64,000 bases of DNA from an uncultured Gammaproteobacteria bacterium (lineage in GTDB: Bacteria; Pseudomonadota; Gammaproteobacteria; DSM-19610), in NCBI GenBank assembly GCA_963695455.1, contig CAVOGN010000014.1, forward strand, positions 96,644 to 160,643. The letters run 5' to 3'. The notes under the pieces were generated by a model, which was not told where the DNA came from, searched no databases, and saw only the letters and a list, made by a program, of their open reading frames with translations. The position numbers and the translations under genes were made by a program. Within the stretch, counting starts at the first letter, position 1, and every line of letters begins with the position of its first letter. Below are positions 8,856 through 20,073 of the stretch, one piece after another.

Positions 8856-9905
8856 CTACTCGTCGATTGTTATTCCCATGGCGCCGGCGCGCTTCTTCCA
8901 CAGCCGACGGGCCAGCGCCTGCATATCGGCAGTCACATCCCCTTCATCCACGATCTCCAGTCCAAGCAAGGTTTCGAGAATATCTTCGAGGGTGAGAATC
9001 CCTTTCAAGGTACCGTACTCGTCCACCACCATCATGATATGCGCGCGCTGACGCAGGAACTGGTTGAAGGCGCGTGCCAGTGATGTCGTCGCCGGCAGCG
9101 CCGACATCTGGCGGCGATAGGTCGACAGTCTGGAGTCCGTATTGCCGCGTGCCTGCGCCAGCAGCAGGTCGCTGCGCAGCACGAAACCGTTCAGATGACC
9201 GGGCGCTTCGGTGTAGATTGGAATGCGCGAAAAGCGCTCGCTGCCGTACTTCCAGAAGAACTCCTCCACGCTGAGATTTTCGGACAGCGAGAACACGACG
9301 GTGCGCGGAGTCATGGCATCAGTCACCCGGGTCTCGCGCAGACGCAACAGATTCTGGAGTATGACTATCTCCTGTTGGTCCAGGTGGCCTTCGCTGGCGC
9401 TGAGTTCCGCCATGACCGCCAGTTCTTCGCGATTGAAACCGGTCAGGCCGGGACCATGCGACAGCCCCCGCGTCAGCGCCTCGGAGAGCTTGACGAACGG
9501 ATACAGAATCCAGATCAGACCCTGCAGCAGGTAGGCCGTCAGCGGCGCCAGCTGTTTCCAGTAGTGGGCGCCTAACGTCTTGGGGATGATTTCCGAAAAC
9601 ACCAGGATCAGCAACGTGAGCACGCCCGAAGCGACGCCGAGATAGGCGCTGCCGAACACCTCGGCAGCCTGTGCGCCGGCGCCCGCGGCACCGACGGTAT
9701 GGGCGATGGTGTTCAGCGTGAGTATCGCCGCCAGCGAGCTGTTTATCTCCCGTTTCAGTCTTGCCAGCAGTGCACCGGCACGCCGGCCCTGCCGCTGCAT
9801 GAGCGCGATATGTGGTGTGGTGACGCTGAGGATAACCGCTTCGGCGATCGAGCACAGAAACGAAAAACCAAGCGCGATCATGACATAGACAACAAGCAGT
9901 AACAT
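8856..9905 (-). CDS. CNNM (DUF21) + CBS-pair protein, CorB/hemolysin-like Mg2+ transport family
   Basis: SFLCSIAEA, AILTLNTIAHT, FSEIIPKT, AMTPR, FSRIP, VVDEYG...GILTLEDILE. Confidence 0.9.
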   Translation of the reverse strand: MLLLVVYVMIALGFSFLCSIAEAVILSVTTPHIALMQRQGRRAGALLARLKREINSSLAAILTLNTIAHTVGAAGAGAQAAEVFGSAYLGVASGVLTLLILVFSEIIPKTLGAHYWKQLAPLTAYLLQGLIWILYPFVKLSEALTRGLSHGPGLTGFNREELAVMAELSASEGHLDQQEIVILQNLLRLRETRVTDAMTPRTVVFSLSENLSVEEFFWKYGSERFSRIPIYTEAPGHLNGFVLRSDLLLAQARGNTDSRLSTYRRQMSALPATTSLARAFNQFLRQRAHIMMVVDEYGTLKGILTLEDILETLLGLEIVDEGDVTADMQALARRLWKKRAGAMGITIDE

Positions 9906-10166
9906 CGCAAGCCCCGTGTTGTGGTGTGGTTTTGAACGCCAATATACCCCCTATTCCGGCCGATCGAACGACAGCCGGCAGCGGTCCGCGCGGCGTTTGC
10001 CCCTCCTCACGGTCATGTACAGGCGTGCTGCGCGGCTTTAGAATCGGGCGTCGAGCAAGACAGAACATACTGTCCGATCACCCGGGAGGCTTGGAGCATG
10101 CACGCAGCGACACCTGACGCTAAACATAAACAGGGTTTATGAACCCCTGTTACCGACCCCGCAGCT

Positions 10167-13100
10167 GTGGCAGAGCGCCATGCCGCAGCTGCGCATAACC
10201 GGCCCGTGACAAGCGACACACGCGGCGCCCGGGCTGGCATCGGTGCCGTCGACCAGCGGCGCCTCACGCTGGCCGGCCTGGTCGGGTTTCTGGTGGTGTT
10301 CGCAATCGGCACCTACGCCCTGCCGCTGGGCCGGCTGCCGACCCACTGGTGGTCAGACCTGTTCTGGACCGTCGCGTCACTGGCGGCCGCCGTGAGGTGC
10401 TTCGCCGCCTCGCGCGCCGCGACCGCACCCCTGCGCCGTGCCTGGCAGCTGTTCGCACTGGCCTGCTTCAGCTGGTTTGTGGGTATGCTGATCTGGGACT
10501 ATCAGGAGCTGGTGCTGCACCAGTTCACGCCCTTTCCTGCCTGGCCGGACGCCTTCTATTTCCTGTTCGCGGCGTTTATGGCGCTGGGCGTTTTCTTTTA
10601 TCGCGACGGCACCCCGGGGCTATCCGTGACCCTGCTGGAGGTCAGCCAGCTCGGCATATTCGTGTCCTGCATTGTAATCGCGCATCTGGCGGTATTCGCC
10701 CAGCCGCTGCGCATGGTCGACCAGACGACGCTGTATGTCGCCACGGCATTGAGCTATCCGATCGTCTTCATGTCGTTGCTGGTGTATGCCGTGGCCGCGC
10801 TGTGGCTGCGGGTACGCGGAACCGCCCGCCGCCCCCTGGCGTACGTCGTGGCCGGTATCGCCGCACACGCCATCGGCGATTTCTTCTATGCCTATGAGCT
10901 GCTCGGCGGCACCTATGAGGCGGGCCACCATCTGGACATCGTATGGCTGATCGGCTTCGCGCTGATCTTCTGGGGCGCCAGCATCCAGGCACCCGGCGCC
11001 GCTTCGGACCGGCGCAACGGCGAGCTGGACCTGCGACGGCTGCACACCGGGCGTATGCTGCCGGTCGCCGCGCTGACCCTGGCCACACTGGCCGTGTTTG
11101 CCTTCCGCCATTCCCTGCAGGCGGACGATTACACGCGGCTGCTTTACCCGGTATTGTGTCTGGTCGCGTTCAGCGCGCTGCGCGAGCGCGCCAGCAGTGC
11201 GCTGGAAGCCCGCTACTCCAGCGAATTGCAGGCATCCGAGTCGCGCCTGCGACAGCTGTTCTTCGCCACCCCGGCACTGACTTCCATCACCCGCCTGTCC
11301 GATGGCACCTTCCTGGAGGTCAACAACGGCTATCTGGACGCCACCGGCTACCGTCGCGAGGAGATGATCGGACACACCTCGACGGAACTCGGCCTGTGGG
11401 CCGATCCCGATGACCGGGACCGTGTGCTGGCCCGATTACGCGACCACCAGCCGGTGCGCGGAATCGACATCCGCATACGCACCCGGAGCGGCGACCTCCG
11501 CGAAGTGCTGGCCTCGTTCGAGCCCATGCGTATCGGCGACGAAGAGTGCCTGCTGGGCATCGCTCTCGATGTCACCGAGCGCAAGATCGCCGAGGCCGAG
11601 ATGCGCAAGCTGTCCGGTGCTCTGGAGCAGGCGGGTGATACGGTCATGATCACCAGCCCGGAAGGCTCGATTGAGTACGTCAACCCGGCCTTCGAACGGA
11701 TCACCGGATTCAGTCGTGCCGAAGTGCTGGGGAAGAACCCCAGGCTGCTCAACGGCGGTCTGCAGGGACCCGAGTTCTATCAGGCCTTGTGGGACACCCT
11801 CGAGCGGGGCGAAGTCTTCAGCGAGGTCTTTATCAACCGACGCAAGAATGGCGCTCTGTTCTACGAGCAGAAGACCATAACGCCGCTGCGCGACGCCTCC
11901 GGCGCGGTCACCCACTTCGTGGCCACCGGACGTGATATCACCGACCGCATCGAGGTCGAGGAACGGCTGCGTTTTCTGGCCCACCACGACACCCTCACGG
12001 AACTGCCCAACCGGGCGCTGCTGCTGGAACGTCTGCAGCGTGACATCGCTGCGGCAAGCCGCGCCAAGTGCAAGCTGGGGGTGCTGTTTCTGGACCTCGA
12101 CCGATTCAAGATCATCAACGACACTCTGGGACACGACATCGGCGACGCCATGCTGCGTCAGCTGAGCGAACGCCTGCTGCACCGGTTGCGCCCCAATGAC
12201 AGCATCGCGCGCTTCGGCGGCGATGAATTCGTTCTGCTCATCAACGACATCAAGGCCGTAGACGAGCTGGCGGCACTGGCGGAACGCATGCTGATCGCGC
12301 TGCTGCCGCCATTTGATATTCACACCACCGCCCTGCACGTGACTGCCAGCGTCGGGATCAGCGTCTATCCCGACGACGGCGAGGATTCGGGCACCCTGCT
12401 CAAGCACGCCGATGCGGCCATGTATCGCGCCAAGGAGATGGGCGGCAACACCTTCCAGTTCTATTCCGCCGAAATGGGCAGTCACGCGATGAAGCGCCTG
12501 ACCCTGGAAAATGACCTGCGCATGGCCCTGGACCGCGGTGAATTTGTGCTCCACTACCAGCCGCAGATCGATATCGAAAGCGGTCGTGTGGTGGGCGTGG
12601 AAGCCCTGCTGCGCTGGAATCATGCCGAGCGCGGACTGGTCGGCCCGCTCGACTTCATCCCGCTGCTGGAAGAAACCGGGCTGATCGTAGCGGTCGGCCG
12701 CTGGGTGCTGGAGTCCGCGCTGGCACAGCTGGCCGAATGGCACCGGGCGGGATGGCGGTCGCTGTCCGTCGCCGTCAACCTGAGCAGCCACCAGTTTCAT
12801 GAGCCCGAACTGGCCGAACGCCTGGCGGAGTACCTGCAGACCTACGCGCTGCCGGCGCGCTGCGTGGAACTGGAGATAACCGAAAGCACCCTGCTGCAGC
12901 ATATTCCTGCAACCACGGCAACGCTGGAAAAACTGTCCCAACTCGGGTTTGGCATTGCGCTGGACGATTTCGGCACCGGCTATTCCTCGCTCAGTTATCT
13001 GCGCCGCTTCCCCATCGACACATTGAAGATCGACCGGTCGTTCGTGCGCGATATCCCGGCAGACAGCAACGATGCAGCGATCACCCGGGCTATCGTGGTG

Positions 13101-13292
13101 ATGGCGCAAAGCCTGCAGCTGCGCCTGGTCGCCGAGGGCGTCGAACTCGAAGAGCAGCGCGATTTCCTGCGCTCGCTGGGCTGCAGCACCATGCAGGGCT
13201 ATCTGTTCAGCAAACCGCTCGATGCCGCTGCCATGACCCGTTATCTGGACACCCTGCTGGCGCCCGCGGACGACGCTGATACACCCCGCTAG
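10167..13292 (+). CDS. Multi-TM sensor with two PAS domains and GGDEF-EAL (c-di-GMP turnover)
   Basis: Long hydrophobic N-terminus, two PAS/PAC segments, RPND I-site, GGDEF, EAL, DDFGTGYSS. The start codon is uncertain. Confidence 0.93.
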   Translation: MAERHAAAAHNRPVTSDTRGARAGIGAVDQRRLTLAGLVGFLVVFAIGTYALPLGRLPTHWWSDLFWTVASLAAAVRCFAASRAATAPLRRAWQLFALACFSWFVGMLIWDYQELVLHQFTPFPAWPDAFYFLFAAFMALGVFFYRDGTPGLSVTLLEVSQLGIFVSCIVIAHLAVFAQPLRMVDQTTLYVATALSYPIVFMSLLVYAVAALWLRVRGTARRPLAYVVAGIAAHAIGDFFYAYELLGGTYEAGHHLDIVWLIGFALIFWGASIQAPGAASDRRNGELDLRRLHTGRMLPVAALTLATLAVFAFRHSLQADDYTRLLYPVLCLVAFSALRERASSALEARYSSELQASESRLRQLFFATPALTSITRLSDGTFLEVNNGYLDATGYRREEMIGHTSTELGLWADPDDRDRVLARLRDHQPVRGIDIRIRTRSGDLREVLASFEPMRIGDEECLLGIALDVTERKIAEAEMRKLSGALEQAGDTVMITSPEGSIEYVNPAFERITGFSRAEVLGKNPRLLNGGLQGPEFYQALWDTLERGEVFSEVFINRRKNGALFYEQKTITPLRDASGAVTHFVATGRDITDRIEVEERLRFLAHHDTLTELPNRALLLERLQRDIAAASRAKCKLGVLFLDLDRFKIINDTLGHDIGDAMLRQLSERLLHRLRPNDSIARFGGDEFVLLINDIKAVDELAALAERMLIALLPPFDIHTTALHVTASVGISVYPDDGEDSGTLLKHADAAMYRAKEMGGNTFQFYSAEMGSHAMKRLTLENDLRMALDRGEFVLHYQPQIDIESGRVVGVEALLRWNHAERGLVGPLDFIPLLEETGLIVAVGRWVLESALAQLAEWHRAGWRSLSVAVNLSSHQFHEPELAERLAEYLQTYALPARCVELEITESTLLQHIPATTATLEKLSQLGFGIALDDFGTGYSSLSYLRRFPIDTLKIDRSFVRDIPADSNDAAITRAIVVMAQSLQLRLVAEGVELEEQRDFLRSLGCSTMQGYLFSKPLDAAAMTRYLDTLLAPADDADTPR

Positions 13293-13351
13293 CCCGCATT
13301 TGTCATGCGATACCGGATACTGGCGCCGCCTGACCCTGCGCCGAGCCGGTA

Positions 13352-13741
13352 CTACAGACTATCCAGTATCGCCTTCCTTCTGGCCTTATACTCCGCCGGC
13401 GTGATGTAGCCCCCGGCCGCCAGCTTGTCGAGCTGAGCCAGTTTCTGCTCCGGCGTCATCGCGGAAGCGGCCGGCGCAAGAACCGCCACCGGCTGACCCG
13501 CGGCACCACCCCCATAGGCCATGCTGTTCAGGGCCTGCGTCTGTTGCTGCTGCTCGCGTGCCTGCTGCTGTTGTCGAAAGCGCATGTCGGTCAGCAAATG
13601 ACCGGCCAGCAAACCACCGAACGCATAGGCAGCGTCGTCGCTGCTGGCCGTCGGCGTGTAGCCTGCCATCAGAGCACCCACCGCAAGCAATCCAGCCGGC
13701 AGCAGCCGCGAAACTATCGAACGCTGTTGAATGGTCTTCAT
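13352..13741 (-). CDS. Secreted SHOCT-domain protein
   Basis: Signal peptide; C-terminal EQKLAQLDKLAAGGYITPAEYKARRKAIL fits SHOCT. Confidence 0.8.
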   Translation of the reverse strand: MKTIQQRSIVSRLLPAGLLAVGALMAGYTPTASSDDAAYAFGGLLAGHLLTDMRFRQQQQAREQQQQTQALNSMAYGGGAAGQPVAVLAPAASAMTPEQKLAQLDKLAAGGYITPAEYKARRKAILDSL

Positions 13742-13773
13742 CTTGGTTGTCTCCCGCTGTTCGAGGTGGCTGA

Positions 13774-14199
13774 CTACTGGCAACGCCGCAAGCTGAAGCG
13801 CTGCAGCTGGTCGCCTATGCTGGCGACAGCACTGAACTGGTCAGGCTGCATGTCGATCGGCATCGCCCGCATGGTATAGATCCGGTACTCCAGCGCGTCC
13901 TGCAGTTCTGCGTATATATCCTTGAAGGAGGCGGGCACGGTCATCATATCCAGCACCAGGATATCGCCGTCAACGCGCCAGAAACCGACGGCCTCGGCTT
14001 TGCCGCGCCGGCCGTACCCGAAGGAACCGTCGTCGCGCAGCGCCAGCTGTTCGGCTTTCGTGGCGCCGCAACTGCTTTGCGCATTAACCTCCCAGGTCCC
14101 CGCCAGGTAGCCGGGATCAAGAGCTGCAGTGGCCGTGCCGGCCCACAGACCCGCCGCGGCTATGGTTAACGGGATACTCAAAACGCTGGTTCGCAGCAT
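13774..14199 (-). CDS. Secreted hypothetical protein, possibly a lipocalin-like barrel
   Basis: AGGAG RBS, signal peptide, LAGTWEV and GFWRVDGD motifs. Confidence 0.65.
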   Translation of the reverse strand: MLRTSVLSIPLTIAAAGLWAGTATAALDPGYLAGTWEVNAQSSCGATKAEQLALRDDGSFGYGRRGKAEAVGFWRVDGDILVLDMMTVPASFKDIYAELQDALEYRIYTMRAMPIDMQPDQFSAVASIGDQLQRFSLRRCQ

Positions 14200-14516
14200 A
14201 TCTATACACTCCTATCTGAAAGTCGTAGCCGGGCAGCCGGGTCAAGCAGGCCGATGCCGGGCTGTGACAAAGCGTTTGTGTCGATTTCATTTGTTACTTA
14301 TCACTTGCGACTGATGTTCGTTACCTCGCCGTACCCTCCTTCTGAAACTGTAGACCATCGTCCGACACTCCAGGCCAGGTCGCGCGCAGTCCGCCTGCAA
14401 TCCACCGCCGTCACGCATCCCGCTGACCCTCGGCCTGACACCTGCCGGTCCGCGCCGGCCCGGGCGGCTTCCGCGCGACCGGCGCTGACCGGTCGCCCCG
14501 AAGCCGTTTGCAGACG

Positions 14517-14849
14517 TTACCGCCCAAGGTCCTCGGCGCCGCGCCCGCTGCCGGCGAAACAGCCCGTCGAGCCCTGGGGACAGATCACGACATACACGGC
14601 GCGCTTGCCGCAGCCATTGACACCAACAGTGTACTCGGCGCGCTCCTCGCCGCCCCACAGCACGGGCTGGAGCATGTTGCTCGACAATACATCGCCTGTC
14701 GCCGCCGGGCAATTGAGCTCGAATTGCCCACGCCGCTCAGCCGTCTGGATCGCGACGGACTGGTCGCCGGCAAGCACCTGGCCCTGGGACTGGCAGCCGG
14801 CGACCGTGAGCAGCGCAAGCAGTGTCAACAATACGCGAGCATAGGACAT
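14517..14849 (-). CDS. Small Cys-containing lipoprotein
   Basis: Lipobox VAGC, four further Cys, AGGAG-type RBS upstream. Confidence 0.75.
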   Translation of the reverse strand: MSYARVLLTLLALLTVAGCQSQGQVLAGDQSVAIQTAERRGQFELNCPAATGDVLSSNMLQPVLWGGEERAEYTVGVNGCGKRAVYVVICPQGSTGCFAGSGRGAEDLGR

Positions 14850-14898
14850 GATCTCTCTCCTGTATCGATGTTTCCTGAATCTAGGGCCTTGCGGTGCG

Positions 14899-17446
14899 CT
14901 ACTGCGGCCCGCTCTGCAGGTGGTGAATCGGACTGCCGTCGACCGCAATGGCTTCGGTGTTCTCGAGCTTCTTGATATCCGCCTCGCTGAGCTGCGGCCG
15001 ATCCACCTGGATGGTCAGCTTGTTGAGCTTTGCGGTGAGCGGAAACGGCGGCTGGTAGTCGGCATCGTTCACGCCGGTCAGGGTATCGGAGCCGATGTCG
15101 AAGCTCTCGTCCCACTGCAGGATCATGGGCAGCGGTCCGCTCCAGCTTGTGGGTAGCCACTTCCTTGCCGTCCACCTTGAGCGTGCCGGTGCCGGATCGG
15201 CCGAGACCGCTCATGTTGTTGAAGGCGAGCGTGCCGACGCCGAGACCGTCGTATTTGAAGTCGAACTCGATGGTGTGCTGGCCGGGCGAGAGCGCCTCCG
15301 GGCCTTCCCACTTGATGCGCTTCAGATCGATCAGGTTCCAGAGGAACACCGGTTTACCCTCGAGCAGATAGAACCCGTAGCCGGCGAAGCGTCCGCCGGA
15401 GGTCAGGATCATGCCCTCGGCCCCGCCTTCCGGGACCTCGATATCCGCGCTGATGGTGTAGGAGCTGTTGAGCAGGAAGGGTGAATCGCCCTGCGGCAAA
15501 CCGACCATCGGGTGCGTATAGACGAACTCGGTGCGGCCGGCGGTGATGTTCGGGCGCGGAGCGACGATGCGCGCAGCCACCGAGGCATCCAGGGGGAAGA
15601 CCTGGTATTTCTTCGCTTCGGCGACGAACTTCTTGCGCAGTTCCGCCACCTTTTCCGGATGCTGCGCGGCGATGTCGTTGGCCTGGCTGAAATCCTTGGT
15701 CAGGTCGTAGAGCTGGAACACCTGGTTGTTCAGAGGATCCGCGTTTGCCACTCCGAACGCCTGCCAGGGTGCGCGGTTGACCTTGGTGCTCAGCAGCCAG
15801 CCCTCGTCGTACAGCGCCCACTGACCCATCATCTCGAAGTACTGCGTCTTGTGGCGCGACGGCACGTCAGCGTTTTTCGCGTCGAAGGTATAGAGGAAGC
15901 TGGTGCCCTCGATGGGTGCCTGCTCGATGCCGTCGACCTCCTCGGGCGCGGGGATGCCGGCAGCCTCGAGGATGGTGGGCACGACGTCGATGACGTGGAT
16001 GAACTGCTCGCGCAGGGCCCCCTTGTCCTCGATGCGCGCCGGCCAGGACACGACCATGTTCTGGTTGATGCCGCCGAGCCGGGAGGCGTTCTGCTTGAAC
16101 CAGTCGAACGGCGTGTCGAAGGCCCAGGACCATCCGGCCGACATGTGGTTGTAGGTCTGCTCGGTGCCCCAGACGTCGTACCACTTCATCTGCACATCGA
16201 CCGGCATCTCATTGACACCGTTGAAGAACGCGACTTCGTTGGGCGTGCCGAGCGGTCCGCCCTCGGCACTGGTGCCATTGTCGCCATTGATGTAAATGAC
16301 CAGCGTGTTGTCGAGCCTGCCCAGGTCCTCGAAGGCCTGGATCACGCGGCCGATCTCGTGGTCATTGTAGGCGGCATAGGCGGCGAAGATTTCAACCTGG
16401 CGAATGAAGAGCTTCTTCTCCTCGTCGCTGAGCTGGTCCCAGGGCTTCAGGAGGTCATCGGGCCAGGGCGTCAACTTCGCATCCCTGGCAATCACGCCGA
16501 GCCGCTTCTGGTTCTCGAAGATGCGCTCGCGCAGCTTGTTGTAGCCGTCGTCGAACAGGTGCATGGCGTGGATCTTGTCCACCCACTCCTTGGTCGGGTG
16601 ATGCGGCGCGTGCGTGGCGCCGGGCGCGTACTTGATGAAAATCGGCTTGCCGGGGTCGGTCTGGTGGATGCGCGTCATGTAGTCGATGGCTTCGTCCGCC
16701 ATGCCGGTGATGAGGTTCCAGTCCGGCTTGCCCTCGAAGGGATAGATCTGGGTGGTGTTGCGGAACAGGTTCGGCTGCCACTGGTTGGCGTCGCCGCCGA
16801 CGAAGCCGTAGAAATACTCGAAGCCCAAGCCGGTGGGCCACTGGTCGAAGGGGCCGACCTGGCTGGCATCGAAAGCCGGCGTGTTGTGGTCCTTGCCGAA
16901 CCATGCCGTGGAATAGCCGTTATCCAGCAGGATGCGGCCAACGGTGGCCTTGTCCTTGTCAATGATGCTGTTGTAACCGGGAAAGCCCGTCGACTGCTCC
17001 GAGATCACGCCGAAGCCGGCCGAGTGATGGTTCCGCCCGGTGATGAGGGCGGCGCGCGTCGGCGAGCACAGCGCCGTGGAGAAAACCCGGTTGTAGCGCA
17101 GACCCTCGTTGGCGATGCGATCCATGGTCGGCGTCGGAATCACCCCGCCGAAGGTGCTCGGCACACCGAAGCCGGCGTCATCCGTGATAATCAGCAACAC
17201 GTTGGGGGCGCTCTTCGGCGGCACCACGCGCGGGGCCCACCAGGCCTTTGACTGCAGGGCGTCATGCTTGATCACCCCGCCGAACTCCGGATCGGGCGGG
17301 GGGAGTTGCTTGCCGCTGATCGTGGTCGTGGCGCCGGGAGAACCCAGCGTACCGGTAACCTCCGCGGCGAACACCCGGGAACCGGCTATCAGCGACAATG
17401 CGATGGCGACCAGGGTCGTTGCCCTAAACCGTTTCAGACTTGGCAT
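14899..17446 (-). CDS. Arylsulfatase (Cys-type formylglycine sulfatase) with one frameshift near 15130
   Basis: PNVLLIITDD, CSPTRAALITGR, GKDH, DNG motifs. The C-terminus continues in ORF 14899-15126 (MILQWDESFDIGSD). Confidence 0.9.
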
Positions 17447-17704
17447 CTTCGAACTCCTCCTTATTATTTGATTCCTGATAGTACCCCCGACACGCGCCAT
17501 CGGGTTGCCCCACGGGTCCTGGCATACACCCCAACACCGCGTTACTATCAAGGCTTTCACCGACTACCCCTCGAGATCGCGAACTCGCGGACCTTCACGC
17601 CCGGCATTCACAATCCCGCCGTTGATGATCCGGTGATGAAAATCCTTCATGGTCAAACCCGGTTTATTGTTGGATTCTTGATCGATGCAGTAACGATCAA
17701 ATGG

Positions 17705-18523
17705 TTATTTCGGGAACATCAGCTGCGCCTGCAGGCGCCAGGTCCAGTCGGCGCCCAACTGCGGCTTCTCGACGTTGTAAAACGCCTGGGTCTGGAAGTT
17801 TACCGGCAATCGCCCAAAACGCACGATCTTGCCCACGCCCCCGCCGAGCGGCACGGTCCAGCGGTCGTCGCTGTCCGCCTCCCAGTCGGCGGTGACCACC
17901 GGCGATGTGGTCAGATACAGCCCGCCAGGAAGATTGTAGTTAATGAACGGCTGCAGCAGGAACTGGTTGTAGCTCGGATCGCTGTTCGAACTGCTGACCG
18001 ACCAGACGTTGTTAACCAGGGCCCCGTACACCCAGTGACCTTCAATACGCAGCAGCACCGCGGACGGGCCGAGACCCCAGCGGTCATTGCCCAGGGTGTC
18101 ATCGGTGTTGGTCGGCAACTGCACGATTGCGCCCGCGCCCCAGATCAGTCCGTCGTCCCTGGCCGGGGACAGGAAGGCGGTAAACTGAGTGTCGCCGAGC
18201 CCGTTGCTGCGGCCCTCCCCCGGGGCGAAACCAGGCTGGGAGATGACCGGCACAATCGTGCGGGTGATCAGGTTCCAGTCGGGGCTCAGGCTGACCGGGA
18301 TGACCGGCTGAATATTCAGCACGTTCTGGGTCTTCTCCTGCGGTCCGACGTCGAAATTGATATTGTCCTGAAAAGGAACGCTGATGAGATTGGCCACCGG
18401 ATTCTGGGCCGCCTTGGCCAGCGCCTCGTTGCTCTGTTCCGCCCGGCCCGGCAAAGCCAGAGCCAGCAGCAGGCCGAACACTACACTCGCGCCGACCGTT
18501 TTCCCGGACAGCATGGTATTCAT
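17705..18523 (-). CDS. Putative outer-membrane beta-barrel transporter (often annotated 'neuromedin U', MetA-like)
   Basis: Signal peptide, LAKAAQNPVANLISVP, LNIQPVIP, GLGD, terminal LMFPK; this family is commonly found beside sulfatases. Confidence 0.75.
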   Translation of the reverse strand: MNTMLSGKTVGASVVFGLLLALALPGRAEQSNEALAKAAQNPVANLISVPFQDNINFDVGPQEKTQNVLNIQPVIPVSLSPDWNLITRTIVPVISQPGFAPGEGRSNGLGDTQFTAFLSPARDDGLIWGAGAIVQLPTNTDDTLGNDRWGLGPSAVLLRIEGHWVYGALVNNVWSVSSSNSDPSYNQFLLQPFINYNLPGGLYLTTSPVVTADWEADSDDRWTVPLGGGVGKIVRFGRLPVNFQTQAFYNVEKPQLGADWTWRLQAQLMFPK

Positions 18524-18643
18524 AGCGCCACTCCGGCTGTGACGCCGAGGAAAACACAATAATCACTTTCCGGCGCAACGGCGCAACGGCGCATATTGCG
18601 CCCTGTGCCTGACTGTTTCACCAAGGGCAGCTGCGCCACGACG

Positions 18644-19930
18644 CTAAAATTTCCAGTTCGCGTTGAGCGCCACGATGTGAAATACATCGTCTTTCAGATC
18701 GCCCTCCAGATCACCCTTCAAGGCTCCACCGGTCTGGTTCACCGGCGCGCTGCCGGCATCCATGTACTCGTAGGCGGCGCCCAGGGTAAGGTCCTTGCGC
18801 AAGTCATACTGCACTCCCAGGGCGTAGCGATACTGGCGATCCAGCGGGAGCACGATGCTGCGGTCGGAATTTTTCACCGGCGAACTGTCATACGCAACAC
18901 CTGCCGACACCGACCAGCGCGGATCGAGCCGGTAGCGTGCCCCCAGCGCGGTATGCCAGGTGTCCTGGAAATTGGCGTCGGCGGTCGTGCTCGGCGTCAG
19001 CACCGCGCCGCCCGCAGTCGTCGTGTCCAGCGACAAGCCGATCTCACCGAATTGCGACCAGTTCTGCCAGCCCAGGTCCGCCATGAGCGCGAGATCGGGG
19101 GTCAGCTGGTGGTAGCCGCTCAGCATCAGCTGATCCGGAAGCGTGAAGTCGAAGGTAGTCTGGGCATTGTCGAGTCCCGATAACTGCAGGGCGGCATTCA
19201 ACACGGGGCCGGCGCCCTTGAACGAAGGCTTATCCTTGTATTCCAGGTCGACCTTGGAGATAAAGGTCAGGCCCACACGGGTACCGGACGCAGGTTCGAT
19301 GAGCAGGCCGGCGTTCCAGCCGATATCCGTGTCGTCGGCCTTCAGTTTCATGCGCCCGTCCGCGCCGCCGTCCAGCCGGTTGTTGATGGCCGTTTCGGCC
19401 TCGAGTTCCCCGTAGACCAGCGACACACCGCCGCCGACCGACAACCAGTCGTTCACCCGGTAGCCGACGGCGCCGTTGGCGATGGCGGTGAGGAAGTCCT
19501 CCTTCTGGATGTAGTAACGGCCCGCCCAGTCGTTCTCGAACTGGACCCCGAGCCCGAGGTACGAACCGGCAGTGAAGCCCAGTTTCAGATCGTTGGACAG
19601 GCTGTGCACATAGGACAGGCTGCCGGTGGGGGTTAACCCGCCGGCATTCCCGCCATCGCCACCGCCAAAGCTGGCCTGCTCGGTATCGAATTTGATATTC
19701 GCATAGATAGGCTGCACCCCGACCATCAGCTGCGATTCCGCCAGCCGCGTCATGCCCGCCGGGTTGGCGAAGGCCGTGGCGCCGTCCGCGGCGCGCGACG
19801 CCATACCGGCGCTCGCGGTGCCCACATCCGGTGTGCCCATCTCATACAGCCATAGCCCGGCGGCCTGGGCCGACATGCCGGGTAACACGAGGGTCAGCGC
19901 CGACAGCGCGCCCGTAATCTTCCTGAACAT
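18644..19930 (-). CDS. OmpP1/FadL/TodX-family outer-membrane transporter
   Basis: AAGLWLYE, NPAGM motif, C-terminal NWKF. Confidence 0.9.
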   Translation of the reverse strand: MFRKITGALSALTLVLPGMSAQAAGLWLYEMGTPDVGTASAGMASRAADGATAFANPAGMTRLAESQLMVGVQPIYANIKFDTEQASFGGGDGGNAGGLTPTGSLSYVHSLSNDLKLGFTAGSYLGLGVQFENDWAGRYYIQKEDFLTAIANGAVGYRVNDWLSVGGGVSLVYGELEAETAINNRLDGGADGRMKLKADDTDIGWNAGLLIEPASGTRVGLTFISKVDLEYKDKPSFKGAGPVLNAALQLSGLDNAQTTFDFTLPDQLMLSGYHQLTPDLALMADLGWQNWSQFGEIGLSLDTTTAGGAVLTPSTTADANFQDTWHTALGARYRLDPRWSVSAGVAYDSSPVKNSDRSIVLPLDRQYRYALGVQYDLRKDLTLGAAYEYMDAGSAPVNQTGGALKGDLEGDLKDDVFHIVALNANWKF

Positions 19931-20073
19931 GTGTCTCTATAAATCCTTCAGTCTCGCCGGCGGCACTGGCAACGGGCCCGTGGTGCTGCCTGCAAACCCG
20001 TTCCAGCTCCTGTCCGTCGCATAACTGGCACGGGCAACGCCGCGCCGGGCGGTACCCACCGGCGCAATCACCG

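Noticed and set aside
15120-15140. Programmed frameshift in the sulfatase
   Set aside because: No slippery sequence is present; a single extra base explains it, and similar indels are common in this window.
18570-18594. Short tandem repeat cggcgcaa x3
   Set aside because: It is too short and GC-rich to distinguish from chance.
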